DNA from: the human T2T-CHM13v2.0 reference genome, Homo sapiens
Reading direction: 5' to 3' (one strand)
Length of the DNA: 64,000 nt
Assembly (NCBI RefSeq): GCF_009914755.1
Contig: NC_060932.1
Below, piece by piece: positions 56,929-64,000 of the stretch; positions within the stretch are counted from its first letter, which is position 1; each line of letters begins with the position of its first letter. The notes under the pieces are model-generated. The model was not told the DNA's origin. It saw only the letters and a list, made by a program, of their open reading frames with translations, and searched no databases. Both the position numbers and the translations under genes were made by a program.

Positions 56929-57679
56929 TGAACTTCAAGGATCGATTTAACACTTGTATTTGTGGGCTTGTTACTTAGGATGACAGGTGGCCTAGTTTCA
57001 TGGCTTTGTGTTTACCGTTTTCGGGTGCCCCTTTTTCTGGCTGTATGCTACACGCACGGGTGCTTTTCCGTTGTCCAACTGTGTAATGTGTTTTTGTGTT
57101 TGTTCTTTTGTGAGTCGGAGTCTCGCGCTGTCGCCAGGCTGGAGTTGCAGTGTTGCGATCTCGGCTCACTGCAACCCCCACCTCCGGGTTTCGAGAGATT
57201 GTCCTACCTCAGCCTCCCGAGTAGCTGGGACTATAGGCGCGCGCCACCACGCCCAGCTAATTTTTGTATAAATATTGGCAAGGATGGTCTCGATCTCTTG
57301 ACCTCGTGATCCGCCCGCCTCGGCCTCCCAAAGGGCTGGGATTACAGGCGTGAGCCACCGCGCCTGGCCAATGCAGTGCTTTTTAATGGCTTTAATTTTT
57401 TAGGTTTGGGAGATACCTGCGCAGGTTTGTTACCTGGATATGTTGTGGGATGCTGGGATTTGGAGTGCAGCTTAGCCCGTTTTCATTGCCCCCTCTAGTA
57501 GACCACAGTGTCTGTTGTTGCCACTTTTATGTCCACGTGTTCCTAATGTTTAGCTCCCACTTATGAATGAGAGCATGCGGTATTTGGTTTTCTGTTCAAT
57601 GCAATACTTTAGCTGGTTTCTGGAGCTAGCGTTTTAAAGCCTGTAGCCACAAGCGTTTGAAAATTCAAATTCTAGCGTC

Positions 57680-58420
57680 AAGGTAGAAGCCCCCAGCTGG
57701 CGTCTGGGGCAGCCCTGAGGGAGGTGGGTCGTCGGGTTGGCGGATCCGGCTTGGGCCCGCCCCGCCAGTGTCGGCGCCGGGTGCGCAGGGACAGCAGAGC
57801 GCTGTCTTGGGCATGGGTCGCAGGCGGCGCCCGGAACGGGCCAGGGGAGCTGGAGGCTGCAGACTCGGGCTCGGCGGGTGTAGGAACCAGTGGTGTTTGC
57901 TTGGGTTTTGAGAAGGCGCGAGAAGGGTCGCGCCTGTGCGACCGCCCTGTGTTGGGTCCCCCACGCCGCGTCGGCATTGCTTGTTCCCTCTTCCTGCGCT
58001 TTCCTGGAGGGTAGAATTGCGTCCGATTGGCCTTCAGTTCCCGAGGAGCTGCTTACATTTAGGACCTTGTGACTCTCATAGCTTCCACGGTTTCGCAGGA
58101 GCCCGAGGAGGCAAACTTCATTTGTGCCACTGCACAGGCGGGAGCTTCGGACCCTGGGAGGGGTGGCGCGAGAGAGACGTGTCGCCAGCTGCTCGGAGAG
58201 GGACTCTTATTCAGCCTCTAAGGCGTCAATTGCGCCTCCAGGGTTCCAGGAGTCCAGAGAAAGCCCTTCGGGGTCTTCTGACCTGGGTAGGGTGAGGGGC
58301 GTGTGTGCGCGCAGGGGCGAGGGAGGGGTGACGTGTCAGGTGTCCTTTGTCCTCGCGAGGAGGTGGTTATGGGGTAGAGGGACATACAGTATTTTCGTCC
58401 CACCTTGGGGAGCGCACCAG
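57680..58420. promoter_or_regulatory. CpG island downstream of SNORD13 with no associated coding gene visible
   Basis: High CpG density, GC box (GGGCCCGCCCCGCC), CCAAT box (ATTGG 58026-58030), TGACGTG at 58329, palindrome TCCTCGCGAGGA at 58350-58361. Confidence 0.7.
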
Positions 58421-58847
58421 CTTCTTGGTGCACTACTTGCAACTGTCCCATCTGCGGTGTCTTGCTGCCTACTCGCCTGCCCTTCTTTCCATTTTGCTGT
58501 CTGACCTTGGGCAAAAGTTCGGTAGCCTCTCTGTGCCTTCATTTCTTTTTATTTTTTATTTAATTAAAAAATATTTTTTTAGAGACAGGGTCTTGCTCCG
58601 TGGCCCAGGCAGGAGTGCAGTGGCGTCATCGTATCTCACTGCAGCTTCAAACTCCTGGGTTCAAGCGATCCTCCCGCCTCAGTCTCCCAGTAACTGGGAC
58701 CACAGGCGCGCCCTACCACACCCTACTAATATTTTCTAATTTTTTTGTAGAAATGGGGTCTCACTGTATTACCCAGGCTAATCTCGAGCTCCTGGCCTCG
58801 CGATCCTCCCTCCTTGGCCTCCTAAAGCGCTTAGATTACAGGTGTGA

Positions 58848-59177
<330 letters not shown>

Positions 59178-60824
59178 TGACCTCAAGTTATCCACCTGCC
59201 TTGGCTTCCCAAAGTGCTGTGATTACAGGCGTGAGCCACCTCGCCCAGCCACCTTAATTTCTTTATCGGAAAAATGCAGGTAGTAATAATTCGTACCACT
59301 TAGGAGTGTTGTGAGAAAGGAATTATATGTAAACTGCTTAGAACAATATCTGGTCAGCAGAAAGTTCTACATAGGTGTTGGCTCATGTTAAACCACAGCT
59401 CCTGTGTTGTTACATTTCCTCTTTCCAGGGTAATTTTGTGGTTAGGACCCTCCCTCTCGGCCTCTTTCATTCAGCTTTCCCTTCTCTGACCAATTGGTGG
59501 CACTCATGATTTTTTAAGCAATTTCAACCACTGGTAACCATCTCCTCCCGAGGGGACTCTCCTGTTTGCAGGCCCAAGTGGAAGCAAGATGCCAATAAAT
59601 AGACAGTTATTGTGTCCCTCCTGTGTGCAAGCGTCTCTTCCCTGTTCCATGTGCCCCTTGTGCTAAGTGGACCCAAGCTATTACTTCTTATAAGGAAAGC
59701 ACTTGTATTGTGGAGATCTCCCCATCTGCACTTCTGAGTTTCCTGAAGCCAGAGACCACGTCTTTATTCCCAGTGCCTGGCACAATTTGGTCATGCAATA
59801 AATGTTTGTTGAACCCACACATCCATCCACAGAGGACTGGCTGAATAAACTATGTATATCCACACAATGCAGTTTTATGCCGCTGCACAGAGGAAAGAGA
59901 ACCATCTCTGTGGACTGCCTTGGAAATCTAGGATGTATTGTTAAGTGAAAAAAGCAGGACAGAGACCATGTGTGTGTTGCCTTTATTTTTATTTTTCCCC
60001 CTTTTCACACGTGTTGAAATGCTGCCTTTCTTGTAAGAAAGATGGGAAAATAGAAATAATGATGTGTGCATTTGCTTACATGTTAAAGATGCAATAGAGT
60101 GTAAATTATAAACTAAGAAAAATGGTTATAGGTAAGAAAAGAACGGGGTGAAGGAAATAGGAATGGAAGCTAGATTTCTCTGTATACACTGTGTTTAATA
60201 GCTTCAACTTTGGATTCATGTAAATTTTTTTGTTGTTGTTGAGATAGAGCCTCACTCCAGTCCAGGCTGGAGTGCAGTTGTGCGATCTCGGCTCACTGCA
60301 GCCTCTGCCACCCCGGGTTCAAGTGATTCTCCTGCCTTAGCCTCCCAAGTAGCTGGGATTACAGGCGCCTGCCACCACACACGCCTGATTTTTGTATTTT
60401 TGGTAGAGATGGGGTTTTACCATGTTGGCCAGGCTGGTCTGCAGCTCATGACCTCACGTGATCCACCTGCCTCGGCCTCCCAAATTGCTGGGATTACAGG
60501 CATGAGCCACCGCACCCGGCCACATAATTTTTATTTTTTTTTGAAGCAACAAAAGCAGAGACGTATTGAAAATGAAAGTATACTCCTCAGGGCAAGAGTG
60601 GGCCAAAGCAAGCAGCTCAAGAGCCTACATAACTATTTTTTTAAAAGAAAATAACAAAGCATTTCCTAAAAGAAAAGAAATAAAGAGTACATTGAGTCAC
60701 TGGCATAACCACACAAATTAACTGTAAAACTCATTAATTTGACTCTATATCCTTAGTGTGACAAAGCCTAAAATCAGAAAAAAATCAACTGCATTTAATA
60801 ATGGTATACTGTTGGTAATATTAA

Positions 60825-61028
<204 letters not shown>

Positions 61029-61670
61029 TAGTAGAGACGGGGTTTCACCACGTTGGCCAGGCTGGTCTCGAACTCCTTACCTCAGGTGATCCACCTGCCT
61101 CGGCCTCCCAAAGTGCTCGACCCACCGCGCCTGGCCTGTTTAGGTGTTATTACATGTATTTTGTATAACTTATATATGTATATAAGATAACAAGTAACAA
61201 TATTATTAGAAACCCAGATTTTCAATTAAAGATAAAAGAGATACTAGTATCAAATCAATTAAGTTAGCTATAAATTCTGTAATCTGATTGAGTCACATAT
61301 TTGAGTAAACAAATCTGTAATCTGAAATTAGAATTGGCAATGTTGGTATGAATTTATATATGCATATATACACATATACATACATATATATACACACACA
61401 TATACATATATATATCCCAGTTGTGTCCACTGAAAGGCCAAGAAGAATGACAGTCTAATGGCTGTGAGCACCTGGATGTCCAAATTTGTAGTTTAAATGC
61501 CATTTCCCACTAAAAGGAACCAGTGAGGCTTTAGGAAATGATTGATTTCAGAACTAGGGCAGGAATTACACAAGGTGGGCCTGTGGCATTTTGTTATGCC
61601 TGAAAGCAAGGTAGCTATTAAATACTGCTGAGGTGATGTGAAAACAAAAACAAAAACAAAAACAACCCAA

Positions 61671-61707
61671 GGCCCTATAGCTCACGGATTACAGCACTGG
61701 TCTTGTA
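61671..61707 (+). pseudogene. 5' half of tRNA-Thr(TGT), tailless retropseudogene
   Basis: GGCCCTATAGCTCACGGATTACAGCACTGGTCTTGTA matches 34/37 nt of the recalled 5' end of a human tRNA-Thr(TGT); ends one base after the anticodon. Confidence 0.8.
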
Positions 61708-62372
61708 GAGGAGTAATGACTGTAATGAATTAAAACAAATATATACAAATCCATGAGTTCATAATGATACTAAAAAAAATCACTAATCATTCATCTTTGG
61801 ATCACTTAAGAAAACAAATGTTTATTTTGAGAATTGATGTATAAAGGAAAAAAATCAAGCATTTATTCTTCTGTCTATTCGAGGGTACCCAAATCATTCG
61901 TAAGGGTCATAAATGCAACAAAATGGTAGAATTAGAAAGTCACTATTCACACCTCCTAATGAAACATTGAGACAAGGCAACTATCATCCATTGTGATTAC
62001 AATTATGAGGTGAAGGTTGATGGGGAACTTTATAACTGAACTACTGATTTATCGAACATCACTAAAAGCAAGGCAGCCAGGCACCTCTTAATGGAATAAG
62101 GTAGGAAGTACACACCACCTATGAAATATTTTTGCCCAAAAATGGACCCTAAATCTAATCAAATTTTTAGGTCTACTACCAAATGACAAGAAACATGAAG
62201 GGCAAAGAAACAAAAGACGCCAACAAATTCCACTGATATATTCAAGGAAAGATAAATAAATAAATAAATAAATTTTTTAAAGACACCAAGATGATATAAT
62301 CAGTCAAGCCAAGGATGAGAACTGATATAGATTAAAAGTTCTAAAATATTCTCAACTAACAATGTTGCATAT

Positions 62373-63259
<887 letters not shown>

Positions 63260-63689
63260 TAAATAAATTATAGGCCAGGTGCAGTGGCTCATGCTTGAGC
63301 CCAGGAGTTCTAGACCAGCCTGAGCAACAAGTGAGACCCTGTCTCCACAAAAAAATAAAAAATAAACCCACCCAAATTGTAAAAAGACATATTTAAGACA
63401 ATCAGGGAAACGTGAATATAGATTAGTTATTAGGGTGTTCATATAATTTGTCATCTAAGCAGAATATGTTGAGAGTTCAAGGAGGCTCTATTAACAGTTG
63501 TGCTGGGACAAAGGTGTAAACTGGATTTGTCCCAGGCAAATGTGATTATCCTAGTATTACACAATTTTGTGGAATCACTGTTAATTTTTTAAATTGATAA
63601 TGTTAGCACATTTATGTTTTTTTGAAAGCTATTAGTCAGAAAAGCAGTTCTGAAAGGTTTTAGTCTCAGGATCCTTTACACTCTTAAAA

Positions 63690-64000
63690 ATTATTGAGTC
63701 ATACTCATTAGGATGGCTAGAATGAAAAACACTGAAAATAAGTTTTGGCAAGGATGTAGAGAAATTGGAAGATAAATTGGAATGCTCATACATTGCTGAT
63801 TAAAATGTAAAATGGTGCAGCTGCTATGTAAAACAGTTTGACAGTTTCTTAGAAAGTTAAACATAGAGTTAGCCATAGGACCCAGCAGTTCTATTCCTAG
63901 ATATATTGCCAAGAGAACTAAAAACATGTATTCATACAAAAACTTGGCTACAAATGTTCATTGCTGCATTATTTGTAATATCCAGTGGAAACAACCCAAA
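63690..64000 (+). mobile_element. L1MB-like ORF2 3' remnant running out of the window
   Basis: GCAAGGATGTAGAGAAATTGGAA...GTAAAATGGTGCAGCTGCT...GACCCAGCAGTTCTATTCCTAG. Confidence 0.75.

Noticed and set aside
56929-56965. snRNA 3' box downstream of U13
   Set aside because: GATTTAACACTTGTA is too weak a match to the consensus to call

Overview
Human (or near-identical great-ape) genomic DNA, very Alu-rich, matching the chr8p12 FUT10-MAK16-TTI2-SNORD13 locus. It holds the 5' end of FUT10 (minus strand: non-coding exon 1 in a CpG island near 16.4 kb and first coding exon 4543-4896). It holds all of MAK16 (plus strand, 10 coding exons, 903 nt = 300 aa) and all of TTI2 (minus strand, 7 coding exons, 1527 nt = 508 aa), whose 3' ends overlap. 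SNORD13 (U13 snoRNA) has its own snRNA-type promoter (octamer + PSE), back-to-back with the TTI2 promoter. All MAK16 and TTI2 coding-exon boundaries were checked for GT-AG and frame. Almost all other ORF-track entries are Alu, L1 or simple-repeat artefacts. I see no convincing new protein-coding system. The most unusual signals are a 75-nt fold-back with poly(A) inside an ERV1 LTR, a retroposed 5' half of tRNA-Thr(TGT), two non-TE local duplications in FUT10 intron 1, seven upstream ATGs in FUT10, and an orphan CpG island beyond SNORD13. Gene and repeat-family names come from recall, not database searches.
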